Origin: an uncultured Nitrososphaerota archaeon | Lineage (GTDB): Archaea; Thermoproteota; Nitrososphaeria; Nitrososphaerales; Gagatemarchaeaceae | NCBI GenBank assembly: GCA_963838925.1 | Contig: CAWISW010000001.1 | Location: forward strand, 64,001 to 128,000 | Direction of reading: 5' to 3' | DNA length: 64,000 bases | Part shown: positions 36,630 through 46,371 of the stretch, one piece after another | Numbering within the stretch: the first letter of the stretch is position 1 | Layout of the letters: the number at the start of each line of letters is the position of its first letter | Notes under the pieces: generated by a model | Told to the model about the DNA's origin: nothing | Databases searched by the model: none | What the model saw: the letters and a program-made list of their open reading frames with translations, nothing else | Made by a program: the position numbers and the translations under genes

Positions 36630-38444
36630 ATGTCCCAGTCAGAACAAAAACTCCGACAACCAGTCGTAGTCGTGCTGGGGCATGTTGACAGCGGAAAAAC
36701 TTCACTTTTGGATCGGATTAGGGGGACGGGCGTCCAGGCCCGCGAGGCTGGCGGGATCACCCAGGAGATCGGCGCCAGCTTCTTCCCGATGGAGACGCTC
36801 GAGGCAATCTGCGGCCCGCTGCTCTCGAAGACCGGCGGGCAGCTGAAGATACCCGGGCTCCTCGTCATCGACACACCCGGTCACGAGATATTCTCTAACC
36901 TGAGGATGCGGGGCGGCTCCGCGGCGGACATCGCGATCCTGCTCGTCGACGTCCTGAAGGGCCTTGAGAACCAGACCATCGAGAGCATAGAGATTCTCAA
37001 GGAGAGGCACGTCCCGTTCCTAGTGGCGCTCAACAAGGTCGACATGATCAGGGGCTGGAGGAAGGACACCAACAGCGGGAAGGGGGGCATCTCCCTCGCC
37101 GCCGCCCTCAAGCTGCAGCCCCCGGAGTGGAACGACGAGCTCGAGGAGCGCCTCTACAACGTGGTCGGCGGGCTCTCGAGGGCCGGCTTCCAGGCCGAGG
37201 CGTTCTACCGCATCCAGGACTTCCGCAAGCAGGTCGCGATCATCCCAGTCTCCGCGAGGACCGGCGTCGGCATACCGGAGCTCCTCGCGGTGCTCATCGG
37301 GCTCGCCCAGCAGTTCCTGACCACCAAGCTCTCCCAGGGGTCGGCCGACGTCTCCGGCAAGACCAAGGGGATCGTCCTAGAGCTCCAGGAGGAGGTGGGG
37401 ATGGGGCAGACCGCCAACATCATCCTCACCGACGGGACCCTCCACGTGGGGGACAAGATAGTGATCGTGAAGCGGGACGGGGCGGCGCAGTCCAAGGTGA
37501 AGGCCCTCTTCATGCCCAAGCCCCTCGACGAGATGCGGGACCCTCGCGACAAGTTCACCGCGGTGAACGAGGTGTACGCGGCCGCGGGCGTGAAGCTGGT
37601 CAGCCCCGACCTCGAGGGGGTAATCCCGGGGACAGCCGTGACGACCTTCCAGGACGAGGCGGAGTTCGAGAGCCTGAAGGCAGAGCTCGAGAAGGACCTC
37701 GGCACCCTGAGGCGCAGGAGCGACAACGTCGGGGTGGTGGTGAAGGCGGGGAGCATCGGCGGCTTGGAGGCTCTCATCAAGATGCTCGAGGACCGCGCCA
37801 TCCCCGTGCGCTCGGCCGACATCGGCGACATCTCAAAGGCCGAGATAATCGAGGCGGAGGCCGTGGCTGAGCGCGACCCCTACCTCGGCGCCATCATCGG
37901 GTTCGACGTCAAGGTCCTCCCAGAGGCAAAGGAGAGCCAGGAGCGCGTCAAGATCATCGCCTCCGAGGTCATCTACGACTCGGTCGAGGGCTACGTCCAG
38001 TGGGTGGCGTCGAAGAAGGAGGAGGACGAGAGGACGGCCCTCCAGAACGTCACCATGCCCGCGAAGATAAAGGCGCTGAAGGGGAACTTCTTCAGAAGGA
38101 ACGACCCCGCGGTCTTCGGCGTCGAGGTCCTCGCAGGCAGGCTAAAGCCCAAGGTCAGGCTGATGAACCAGAAGGGCGAGGAGGTCGGGATCGTCGAGCA
38201 GATCCAGGAAAACGGGAAGAACATCCCCGAGGCCGGCAAGGGGATGCAGGTCGCGATCTCCGTGAAGGGCCCCACCCTTGGGAGGACCATCAAGGAGGAC
38301 GAGGACCTCTTCACGTTCCCCACGAGCCACGACGCGAAGATACTGAAGGGCAAGTACGCCTCCACCCTGAGCCCTGACGACCAGCAGGCGTTCGAGGAGA
38401 TAATCGCCATAAGGTCCGCGAAGGACATGCTCTACGGGTTCTAG
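36630..38444 (+). CDS. infB: Translation initiation factor aIF5B (IF-2)
   Basis: RQPVVVVLGHVDSGKT, EAGGITQ, DTPGHE, NKVD. Confidence 0.97.
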   Translation: MSQSEQKLRQPVVVVLGHVDSGKTSLLDRIRGTGVQAREAGGITQEIGASFFPMETLEAICGPLLSKTGGQLKIPGLLVIDTPGHEIFSNLRMRGGSAADIAILLVDVLKGLENQTIESIEILKERHVPFLVALNKVDMIRGWRKDTNSGKGGISLAAALKLQPPEWNDELEERLYNVVGGLSRAGFQAEAFYRIQDFRKQVAIIPVSARTGVGIPELLAVLIGLAQQFLTTKLSQGSADVSGKTKGIVLELQEEVGMGQTANIILTDGTLHVGDKIVIVKRDGAAQSKVKALFMPKPLDEMRDPRDKFTAVNEVYAAAGVKLVSPDLEGVIPGTAVTTFQDEAEFESLKAELEKDLGTLRRRSDNVGVVVKAGSIGGLEALIKMLEDRAIPVRSADIGDISKAEIIEAEAVAERDPYLGAIIGFDVKVLPEAKESQERVKIIASEVIYDSVEGYVQWVASKKEEDERTALQNVTMPAKIKALKGNFFRRNDPAVFGVEVLAGRLKPKVRLMNQKGEEVGIVEQIQENGKNIPEAGKGMQVAISVKGPTLGRTIKEDEDLFTFPTSHDAKILKGKYASTLSPDDQQAFEEIIAIRSAKDMLYGF

Positions 38445-38450
38445 CGCCGA

Positions 38451-38744
38451 CTACTTGCGCGCCTCGAGGGTGGCGACCCTGCCCTCAACGCTCGAGATCC
38501 TGTCGACCAGGGCCAGTCTCTGGTCAAGGCCGCCCATCCTCTCGTCCAGGCGCTTGATCTCGGAATGGACCGCGGCGAACTGTCCCTCCATCCTGTTCTG
38601 TAGGCCGTCTATCTTGCCTTCCAACCCACCTATCTTGCCTTCCAGCCCGTTGACCCTACCGCCGAGAGCCTTAATCTCGCCCTTAATCTCACCCAGCTGG
38701 GGAAGGAGGATCCGCTCTATCCAAACGGGAGTCTTCTCCGCCAT
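38451..38744 (-). CDS. Small heptad-repeat coiled-coil protein
   Basis: IKGEIKAL, GLEGKI x2; 21-bp tandem unit at 38609-38650; upstream TTAAATA. Confidence 0.7.
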   Translation of the reverse strand: MAEKTPVWIERILLPQLGEIKGEIKALGGRVNGLEGKIGGLEGKIDGLQNRMEGQFAAVHSEIKRLDERMGGLDQRLALVDRISSVEGRVATLEARK

Positions 38745-38863
38745 CCCGACCTCCCAATAATGACTTGGAGATATTTAAGCCCCCTCCCAGATGACTCCCT
38801 CTTCCGTTGTGGCTCTCTCCTACAATTCGCTTAATAACCGAGCCTTGGGGTAGGGTTTGAAAA

Positions 38864-39205
38864 TTGGCGCAGTTCAAGATCGTCATCTCGGATAAAAAAA
38901 CGGGCAAGTCCGAGGTCCTCGAGGCGAAGGACTCCACCGCCCAGCTCTTCGTGGGCAGGAGGCTCGGGGACACGGTCGACCTCAGCGCCGTAGGCCAGAA
39001 CTACAAGGTCAAGATCACCGGGGGCAGCGACAAGGCCGGCTTCCCTATGCGCGCCGACATCCTCGGAGGCGGCAAGAGGTACGTCCTCCTCACCGAGGGG
39101 GTGGGCTTCAGGAACGCCGTCGAGGGCGAGAAGCGGAGGAAGCTCGTCCGCGGGGGCCTCGTCACCGACGAGGTCTACCAGCTCAACGCGGTCAAGGTCG
39201 AATAG
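38864..39205 (+). CDS. rps6e: 30S ribosomal protein S6e
   Basis: FKIVISD, KITGGSDKAGFPM, GEKRRKLVRG. Confidence 0.96.
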   Translation: MAQFKIVISDKKTGKSEVLEAKDSTAQLFVGRRLGDTVDLSAVGQNYKVKITGGSDKAGFPMRADILGGGKRYVLLTEGVGFRNAVEGEKRRKLVRGGLVTDEVYQLNAVKVE

Positions 39206-39264
39206 GCCGGTACGTCAATCACCTTAAAATACACGCGCGGCCGCCGCCAGCCCAACCGTTCCTA

Positions 39265-42200
39265 ATGGCCCAGCAACAGCAGTCCACTTCCACGCCGCCC
39301 CCGGAGGCGCAGCGTCTGATCCCCAAACAGCCGGAGTGCAACATCGGGACGTCGGGCCATGTAGATAGTGGCAAGTGTCTCGAGTGGGGAACCCACGTCC
39401 TCCTGGACGGGGTCCCGATGACGGGACAGCAAATCCTCGACAGAGTGAAGCTCACGGGTGCATTGATTAGCAGAATCGATGGCGGCGAAGTCTATTCGTT
39501 TGCAGACAACGAGATAGTCAGCGTCAACAATAGCTTCGAACCTGTAAAGGCGGCTTCGTCCTTCTACGTCCAACGATACGCGGGTCCGATGTATACTATC
39601 AGAGGCAAGACGGGGCGGGAGTTGAGTGTCACCCCTGAACATCCCCTGCTGATCAATAGAAAGGGGCTTGTGCAGTGGGTCAAGGCAAAAGACATCCGCG
39701 AGGGTGATTACGCCGCCTTCCTTGGAAAGGTACCGCTACACGAGGACGCTGTCATTCCTGACGCTCTTCCAGCACTGGGGGAACGATACAAGATAGTCAC
39801 GGCACAGGAGTATGATGCAATCAGGACACTGAGCTCCGAGTTCAAGGATTTCACGTCGCTCTCCACTGACCAGTTGGAATCCGTTCGAATCTTGAGACGT
39901 CTCTCGAGAAGCGAGCTAGAGAAGCGTGCGAACGTCGACGCTGCGCGTTACGCGCGTGCGGTTCGTGAGGGGAAGCCCCACCCGGCCGGAGAAAGACAGA
40001 GAATTGTCGAAGTTCTGCAAGAGTCCCTTCCCAGAGAACTCAAACCCGACGAATTCTTGGTTGAGCAGAAGCTGGTGGCTGGAAGAAGAATCCGACTGCT
40101 GAGGAGGTTCGAGTCCTTTGACGAGGACATCATCAAGTGGTTCGCTTTCGTTTGGTCTGAGGGGAACAGCAGCAACGGGTCGGTGACGGTTACCCAGACA
40201 GTCCAGGAAAGAATGCTTCAGGAGTACCTTAGGATCACAGGGGAGAAGTTTGGCCTCGAAGTTAGGTCTTATGGGGAAGGGAGGTACTCGATCTACAACA
40301 CCGCTTTTGTCGACTACATCCGCTTCAGCTTTGGCTTTAACCCAGGCAACGAATCCGTCTGCGGAATCGCAGACTGGGTGTGTGGGCTCCCCCGAGGCCT
40401 CAAAGCCATTTTCCTCAGATGGTTCCTCACGCTGGACGGGGAGTTCAACAAGAAAGGGGAAATCGCGATCAGCCAACTCAACGGAAGAAACATCGTCATA
40501 ATGAGCTACCTGCTTCACTCGTTTGGCATAGTCCCGAAGTTCGGCGTGAAGAACAGCCCGACGAAGAAAGGGATGAAGGGTTACAGTAGATTGAGGATAT
40601 CGGGCCGCAGAGACCTTCAGCTCTTTGCCGACCTAATCGGTTTCGAGGATTCAGGGATACAAGGGAAGCTCCTCCACTACCTTTCGAAGATTGAAAAGGA
40701 AAGCAAAGAGACGGATAGAAGCATCCCGATCGACCAGCGGTCCTTGAGGTTGCTTCTGAAGCGGAGCGGGATCACGCGGGAGGGGTTCGACCGCCTGGAG
40801 GTCGAGACCATAATCAAGGCGACCGCGTGGTACCACGCCTATTCTGATGCAATGAGGAGCGGGCGAATGTCTCGAACCAAGCTTCTCTTGGTCGTTGGGA
40901 GAATCGATGAGCAACTTCGCGCGCTCGAGCACTCGGCTCACTCAATGCACCATGACGGCGGTCGTCTAAGGCATCACGCGGCGCTGCTTGGGATCTCATT
41001 GCAGGCACTCTCGGCCGAGCTGGGATTCAGCCGAAGGAAGCTGGTGAGAATTCTTAGGAAAGGTTCCGATGCCGAGCTGCGAGCAATCGCGCTCTACCTT
41101 AGGGCTGAAACCCGAGGAGTTCTGCGCTATTCCACTGGCAGACTCGAGCAGCTTCGAAAGCTCGCGAGTTCATCAGTGGAGTTCGATAGAATCGTTCGCG
41201 TAAGGAAGGTCGACTACGACGGCCTTGTCTTCGACCTCACTGTCCCGGAGTACGCGAATTTCGTTGCGGGGAGCGGGGCGACGATATGCCACAACACGTC
41301 CATCGTCCAGGCAATCACAGGCGTATGGGCCAGCGCCCACAGCGAGGAGCTGAAGCGGGGAATCACGATAAAGGTCGGTTACGCCGACGCAGCCTTCTAC
41401 AAGTGCCACGTCACCCCTCCGCCGGAGGCATACTCCACCTCTCCGGTCTGCCCTGTCTGCGGGAACAAGACCGACTTCCTCAGGGCAGTCAGCTTCGTCG
41501 ACGCGCCTGGGCACGAGAGCCTCATGACGAACATGCTGGCAGGCGCCGCGCTCATGGACGGCGTGATACTGGTCATAACCGCGAACGAGCCCGTCCCCAT
41601 GCCCCAGACGAGGGAGCACCTCCTCGCGCTCCAGATGCTGGGGATGAAGAAGATGGTCGTCGTCCAGAACAAGATCGACAGGGTAGACATGGAGGGGGCG
41701 AAGAAGAACTACGAGGCGATCAAGCAGTTCCTCGCCAACACCGTGGGCGCCGACGCGCCGATAATCCCGGTCTCTGCCCAGAACAAGATAAACATCGACG
41801 CGCTGATAGAGGCCCTCGAGGAGAACATACCCACTCCGAAGCACGACCTGAGCGCCGCCTCGCGGATGCTCATCCTGAGGAGCTTCGACGTGAACAGGCC
41901 TGGGACGGACGTGAAGACCCTCGTGGGGGGCGTCCTGGGGGGCACACTCGTCAGCGGCGAAATCAGCGTGGGCGACGAGATCGAGATCTCCCCCGGCATC
42001 GCCGAGGAGAGGACCGGCAACTACACGCCCATCCTGACCAAGGTGGCGAGCCTCGGGACTGGCGCGGGGATGACCGACAAGGTCGGACCAGGTGGGCTCA
42101 TCGCGCTCGGGACGTCTCTCGACCCTCGCCTTACCAAGGGCGACGTGCTGGTGGGGAACCTGGTGGGCAAGCCCGGAACCCTCCCTCCGATAATGTCTCA

Positions 42201-42459
42201 CATCACGGTCGACCTCCAGCTCTTCGACCAGGCGGTCGGCTCATCCGCTCTCATCAAGGTGGACAAGGTGAAGGCGACAGAGACGCTCAGGCTCAACATC
42301 GGGACCGCCTCGACGCTCGGGACTGTGACCTCCGCCAGGGACACGGTGGCGGAGCTCGACCTGAAGAAGCCCGTGGTCACGGAGGCTGGAGGCCGCGTCG
42401 CGATAAGCAGAAGGATAGCCGAGAGGTGGCGCCTGATTGGCTCCGGCCTCGTCCGCTAG
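39265..42459 (+). CDS. eif2g: Translation initiation factor aIF2 gamma subunit, intein-containing
   Basis: QPECNIGTSGHVDSGK/intein/TSIVQAITG, HSEELKRGITIKVGY, DAPGHE, QNKID, RSFDVN, RWRLIG. Confidence 0.96.
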   Translation: MAQQQQSTSTPPPEAQRLIPKQPECNIGTSGHVDSGKCLEWGTHVLLDGVPMTGQQILDRVKLTGALISRIDGGEVYSFADNEIVSVNNSFEPVKAASSFYVQRYAGPMYTIRGKTGRELSVTPEHPLLINRKGLVQWVKAKDIREGDYAAFLGKVPLHEDAVIPDALPALGERYKIVTAQEYDAIRTLSSEFKDFTSLSTDQLESVRILRRLSRSELEKRANVDAARYARAVREGKPHPAGERQRIVEVLQESLPRELKPDEFLVEQKLVAGRRIRLLRRFESFDEDIIKWFAFVWSEGNSSNGSVTVTQTVQERMLQEYLRITGEKFGLEVRSYGEGRYSIYNTAFVDYIRFSFGFNPGNESVCGIADWVCGLPRGLKAIFLRWFLTLDGEFNKKGEIAISQLNGRNIVIMSYLLHSFGIVPKFGVKNSPTKKGMKGYSRLRISGRRDLQLFADLIGFEDSGIQGKLLHYLSKIEKESKETDRSIPIDQRSLRLLLKRSGITREGFDRLEVETIIKATAWYHAYSDAMRSGRMSRTKLLLVVGRIDEQLRALEHSAHSMHHDGGRLRHHAALLGISLQALSAELGFSRRKLVRILRKGSDAELRAIALYLRAETRGVLRYSTGRLEQLRKLASSSVEFDRIVRVRKVDYDGLVFDLTVPEYANFVAGSGATICHNTSIVQAITGVWASAHSEELKRGITIKVGYADAAFYKCHVTPPPEAYSTSPVCPVCGNKTDFLRAVSFVDAPGHESLMTNMLAGAALMDGVILVITANEPVPMPQTREHLLALQMLGMKKMVVVQNKIDRVDMEGAKKNYEAIKQFLANTVGADAPIIPVSAQNKINIDALIEALEENIPTPKHDLSAASRMLILRSFDVNRPGTDVKTLVGGVLGGTLVSGEISVGDEIEISPGIAEERTGNYTPILTKVASLGTGAGMTDKVGPGGLIALGTSLDPRLTKGDVLVGNLVGKPGTLPPIMSHITVDLQLFDQAVGSSALIKVDKVKATETLRLNIGTASTLGTVTSARDTVAELDLKKPVVTEAGGRVAISRRIAERWRLIGSGLVR
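39376..41295 (+). mobile_element. 640-aa intein with LAGLIDADG endonuclease and HTH inserts
   Basis: Starts CLEWGT, block B VTPEHPLL, WFAFVWSEG and FLRWFLTLDG motifs, VFDLTVP..NFVAG...CHN followed by Thr+1; lower GC. Confidence 0.95.
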
Positions 42460-42877
42460 GCCCGGCCGCCAACCGACAGCGACGTCGGGCAAGGCCCGCG
42501 AGAGGAGGGCGGTTGTCTTCGACACCAGCTTCCTCATGGCGGTCATGGAGCGACCCACTTCCTGGAGCCAGGACATCTCCGAGAGCATAGGGGCGTTCAC
42601 TCCCGTCATCCTGATGTCCGTGCGCGACGAGCTCGCCCGCCTCGCGGCCAAGGGCGACAAGCGGGGGAAGCTCGCATCTCTGGCGCTCGAGCTCCTCCAC
42701 AGCGGGGCGTTCACGCTCAAGCCCGACGGCAAGGGGAAGCCGGACGACGAGATAATCTCCTTCGCGCTGCGCGAGGGCGCCGCGGTCGCCACAATCGACT
42801 CGGAGCTCGCCAAGAGCCTCCGGGCGTCCCACGTCCAGACCGTGATAACGCTCCGAGGCGGGAGAGTCTCGACCTAG
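42437..42877 (+). CDS. PIN-domain protein (Fcf1/Utp24-like, conserved after eif2g)
   Basis: VFDTSFLM, SVRDEL, PDDEII, VATID. Confidence 0.85.
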   Translation: MAPASSARPGRQPTATSGKARERRAVVFDTSFLMAVMERPTSWSQDISESIGAFTPVILMSVRDELARLAAKGDKRGKLASLALELLHSGAFTLKPDGKGKPDDEIISFALREGAAVATIDSELAKSLRASHVQTVITLRGGRVST

Positions 42878-43217
42878 GATCCAAGGTTTCCTCGCGGCGT
42901 TTTCAGGGAGAAAACTCGGGCCTACCGGAACGGTGCGCACCCCGCACACTCTTTCACATGGGGCGGTCGAGAATTTGTAAAGCCCGTTGGGATTCGGCCT
43001 TTTTTTGTGGATAACCCCTACCGGCAGCACTAAGCCTGTCCCGTTGAAGCTCCACATCTAAGGGCGGGCTAAGGGGATTGAGAATGCCGATGTTCTCTTC
43101 GACCCACACTTCGTAGGTTCGGCCCGCTCGAACTACATCTAGCATGCAGGCTAACACTGCATAAAGAGGACAGAACCCGAACTTTGGCGGAGTGGCGCTT
43201 ATTAGACAGGACAAAAC

Positions 43218-43530
43218 ATGATGGCGTGCGAAATGGCTGGAACACGAAGCAGGTACAAAGAAATCTCGAAAAAGTTCAATTCATTGACTCAGGAGGAAAG
43301 GCAGATTCGGGCGCGAGAGGCCGCCAAGGAGTTTGGTAGGCTCGTCCGACAAAGACCTCGAGCTAGCGTGCAAAAACCTTCGCAAGATTGAGAAGGACCT
43401 CGCCTTCGAGGTCGTAGAGTCATACCAAAACAGACGTATGGAGGCTTTCGCGGATGCGCTCCTGACCTTGCAAACCCTGGTTCAGACAGTTAACTTGCTC
43501 TGCGAGAGTTCAGATACAAGCCAAAGTTAG
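43218..43530 (+). pseudogene. Frameshifted hypothetical helical protein
   Basis: MAGTRSRYKEISKKF...AAKE joins LVGSSDKDLE... if one T is removed at GAGTTTGGT (about 43332); lower-GC tract. Confidence 0.4.
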
Positions 43531-43674
43531 ACCAACCCTCTCTCGAGGTTGCGATTTGGACCTAAAGTTCGGTGCTCATCGCCCCCACGCCTCAGGGGAG
43601 CGAACAGAAAACCGTCAAATAGCGAAATCTTTTTGTAGGGTTGGAAAAGGCGGAAACCTTCCCTAGGGTATATC

Positions 43675-44256
43675 ATGTTTCAGCTCGTAGAACTTGAAGA
43701 TGTGGTCAGGGTCCCCCCAGACAAATTCGGCAACTCGCTAGAGAACGTCGCGCTCGACCTGCTCAAGCAAAAGTACGAGAGCACAATCAGCCCCGAGAAC
43801 GGCTACCTGGTGCTTGTCAACAACGTGAAGGTCGACAAGATCGGGAAGATAATCCCCGGAGACGGCGCCACCTACCACAAGGTCAGGTTCCAGGTACTCT
43901 CATTCTTCCCGCTCAAGCAGGAGATAGTCGAGGGCGAGATAGTCGAGATCACGGACTTCGGGGCGTTCGTCAGGATAGGCCCCACCGACGCGCTTCTCCA
44001 CCTCAGCCAGATAATGGACGACTACCTCACCAGCGACGTAAAGTCAGGAGTGATAACCGCCTCCCAGAGCAAGAGGACGCTCAAGGTCGGGAGCAAGGTG
44101 AGGGTCAGGATCACCGCGGTCAGCCTAGGGCACGGGATCTCGATGGGCAAGATAGGCGTGACCTGCCGCCAGCCATTCCTCGGCGCCCTCGAGTGGGTCG
44201 AGGAAGAGGTCTCCAAGGTCCAGAAGCAGGCGAAGGCGGCCGCACGGGCGGCATAG
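43675..44256 (+). CDS. rpoE1: RNA polymerase subunit E' (Rpo7)
   Basis: DVVRVPP, PGDGATY, FGAFVRIGPTDALLHLSQ, RQPFLG. Confidence 0.97.
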   Translation: MFQLVELEDVVRVPPDKFGNSLENVALDLLKQKYESTISPENGYLVLVNNVKVDKIGKIIPGDGATYHKVRFQVLSFFPLKQEIVEGEIVEITDFGAFVRIGPTDALLHLSQIMDDYLTSDVKSGVITASQSKRTLKVGSKVRVRITAVSLGHGISMGKIGVTCRQPFLGALEWVEEEVSKVQKQAKAAARAA

Positions 44257-44271
44257 CGCGAGGAGAACAGC

Positions 44272-44460
44272 TTGGCGCGAGAGCAAGCATGCAGAAAGTG
44301 CCACATGCTCACCCACGACAAGACTTGCCCCAACGACAAGTCCAACGAGTTGAGCAGCGAGTGGTCAGGCCTCATAATTGTGCTGGACGTGGGCCATTCC
44401 AACGTCGCGCAGACGCTGGGAATCACGGTCCCCGGTCGATACGCTCTCAAGGTAAGCTAG
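44272..44460 (+). CDS. spt4: Transcription elongation factor Spt4 (RpoE'')
   Basis: ACRKC...CP...SEWSGLII...PGRYALKV. Confidence 0.95.
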   Translation: MAREQACRKCHMLTHDKTCPNDKSNELSSEWSGLIIVLDVGHSNVAQTLGITVPGRYALKVS

Positions 44461-44464
44461 GTCC

Positions 44465-45004
44465 TTGAAGGCGGGCTCCTCCTCGAGGCGGTCCGCGGGC
44501 GACTACGTCCTGACACCCGAACTCAGACGGAAGCTCAAGAGGCCCCTCGGCCAGCTCTTCCCAGCCGTGGACGTGCGCGGCGAGGACTTCCTCGCGACCG
44601 TGGCCGGCGCTTCGATGGTGGTCACCGTGGGAGACCGTGTCACCGAGACCCTCCAGGGGACCATGGGCAAGTCCCCCGACGTCTTCGTGGTCGACGGCAT
44701 GGAGAGGAGGGTCGCGCGCGAGGTCCCGCGGGTCGCCCACGGCTCCACCATCAGGGCGAAGAACCCGGCGGGGTCGATAACCAAGGCCGCACGGAGCGCG
44801 ATTAGGAGGGCGTTCGCCGGGGAGAAGCCCGTGATGGTGCTGATCGACGGGGAGGAGGACCTCCTCACCATCCCCGCGGTGATCGACGCGCCTCTCGGCG
44901 CGGTCGTGTTCTACGGCCAGCCTCTCGAGGGGGTCGTCGCCATCAAGGTGGACGAAAAGTCCAAAGCGAGCGCCAGGGACGTGCTGCAGAAGATGTCGGC
45001 ATGA
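44465..45004 (+). CDS. GTP-dependent dephospho-CoA kinase (DUF359)
   Basis: LKRPLG, VTVGD, NPAGSIT, DGEEDLL, YGQP.EG. Confidence 0.92.
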   Translation: MKAGSSSRRSAGDYVLTPELRRKLKRPLGQLFPAVDVRGEDFLATVAGASMVVTVGDRVTETLQGTMGKSPDVFVVDGMERRVAREVPRVAHGSTIRAKNPAGSITKAARSAIRRAFAGEKPVMVLIDGEEDLLTIPAVIDAPLGAVVFYGQPLEGVVAIKVDEKSKASARDVLQKMSA

Positions 45005-46371
45005 TCTCCGGCCTCTCGCTCGCGGTCAACGTCGCCGGCTACGTCGTCGCTCTCGCGATCACGCTCCTCTCGGGCTACTACACCTACAGACAGCGCCTCA
45101 CCGCCTACCAGCTGATTCGCGACTTCCTCGCTCTCGTCTACGGCGTCATCGTCGTGCTCATGGTCGTCGACCTGACGAGGGTCCTCACCGGCAACCAGGC
45201 GCTCCTCTCGGTCTACCCGCTCTTCAGCTTCGGCTTGGGCTTCGTGGAGGCCATCCTCCTCCTCACGGCTGCGGTGGGTGCCTACCTCAGGCCCAACGGG
45301 TCGACGTACCGGCTCCTCTTCAAGGACCTCCTCTCCCACGTGGGGCACCTCCTCATGCTCGGCCTCTTCATCGCAGGCACGGTCGCCGCAGAGGTATACC
45401 TCGCCCTGCTCAAGCCATACACGACGGTGGCGGCCACCGACTTCTCGGGAGGGACCGTCGAGGCGGTCGCGTATTCCAACACCTTCTCCATCGGAATCGG
45501 CGTCCTATTCCTGCTCTTCCTCGCGTATCCCGTCGCGCTCCTCATCATCGGGGCGCTACGCGTCCAGAACCCGCAGATGAGGCGCGCCCAGTTCGGGCTG
45601 GCCGTGGGCTGGGCGGGGAGCTCCGCCATCTACCTCGTCTCATCCCTCTCGCTCTTCAACTACGCCCTCGACGTCACCGCCATAGCGTACGTCATCCTCA
45701 GCGTCTTCTTCGGGCTCATCGCGCGGAACTTCCGCAGGGCCGCGACCTTCGCGGGCTTCGTCGCACCGGTGGCCATCGAGATACCCGAGTCGCGCCAAGG
45801 TTGGGCCTTGAGGACCCGGACGAGGGACGGGGAGCCAGTCCTCTTCGAGGAGGGCGAGCTCAGCCTCGTCGAGGTGGACACGTCGGTGAGGTACGAGGAG
45901 AGCCTCGACGAGCTGGTGAAGGACTTCCGGGCGGAGAAGAGGGCGGTATTCGTCATCTCCGCCAAGGGGAGCAGGCTCCACGCCTACTTCTCGGGCGTCC
46001 CCGGCATCAGGCTCTACACGATGACCGAGTCGACGAGGTACATCGCGCCGTCCACGACGAGGACCGACGAGGTGAACATCCCGCTCTTCGACTCCAGCGT
46101 CCTCCTCGAGGTCCTGGACAGGACGCTGAGCACCCCCGGGGAGCAGACAGCCATAATCTTCGACAGCGTCTCGGACATGATGATCTACTCGGGGTTCCAG
46201 CCCTGCTACAAGTTCCTCAGGGAGGCCGGCGCCATCATCAGCGGGAAGAAGGCGGTGGGGATCTTCATTGTCTTCGTGGGGGCGCACGACGACAAGGACG
46301 TGACCGCGATCCGGAGCATCTTCCCGTCTCAGCTGAAAGTAGGCCCCGAGGGCTTCCAAGTCGTCCGGTAG
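45001..46371 (+). CDS. Multi-TM membrane protein with C-terminal inactive RecA/KaiC-like (DUF835-like) domain
   Basis: About 7 hydrophobic segments then AIIFDSVSDM...YKFL...AHDDKDV..IRSIF; no Walker A. Confidence 0.65.
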   Translation: MISGLSLAVNVAGYVVALAITLLSGYYTYRQRLTAYQLIRDFLALVYGVIVVLMVVDLTRVLTGNQALLSVYPLFSFGLGFVEAILLLTAAVGAYLRPNGSTYRLLFKDLLSHVGHLLMLGLFIAGTVAAEVYLALLKPYTTVAATDFSGGTVEAVAYSNTFSIGIGVLFLLFLAYPVALLIIGALRVQNPQMRRAQFGLAVGWAGSSAIYLVSSLSLFNYALDVTAIAYVILSVFFGLIARNFRRAATFAGFVAPVAIEIPESRQGWALRTRTRDGEPVLFEEGELSLVEVDTSVRYEESLDELVKDFRAEKRAVFVISAKGSRLHAYFSGVPGIRLYTMTESTRYIAPSTTRTDEVNIPLFDSSVLLEVLDRTLSTPGEQTAIIFDSVSDMMIYSGFQPCYKFLREAGAIISGKKAVGIFIVFVGAHDDKDVTAIRSIFPSQLKVGPEGFQVVR

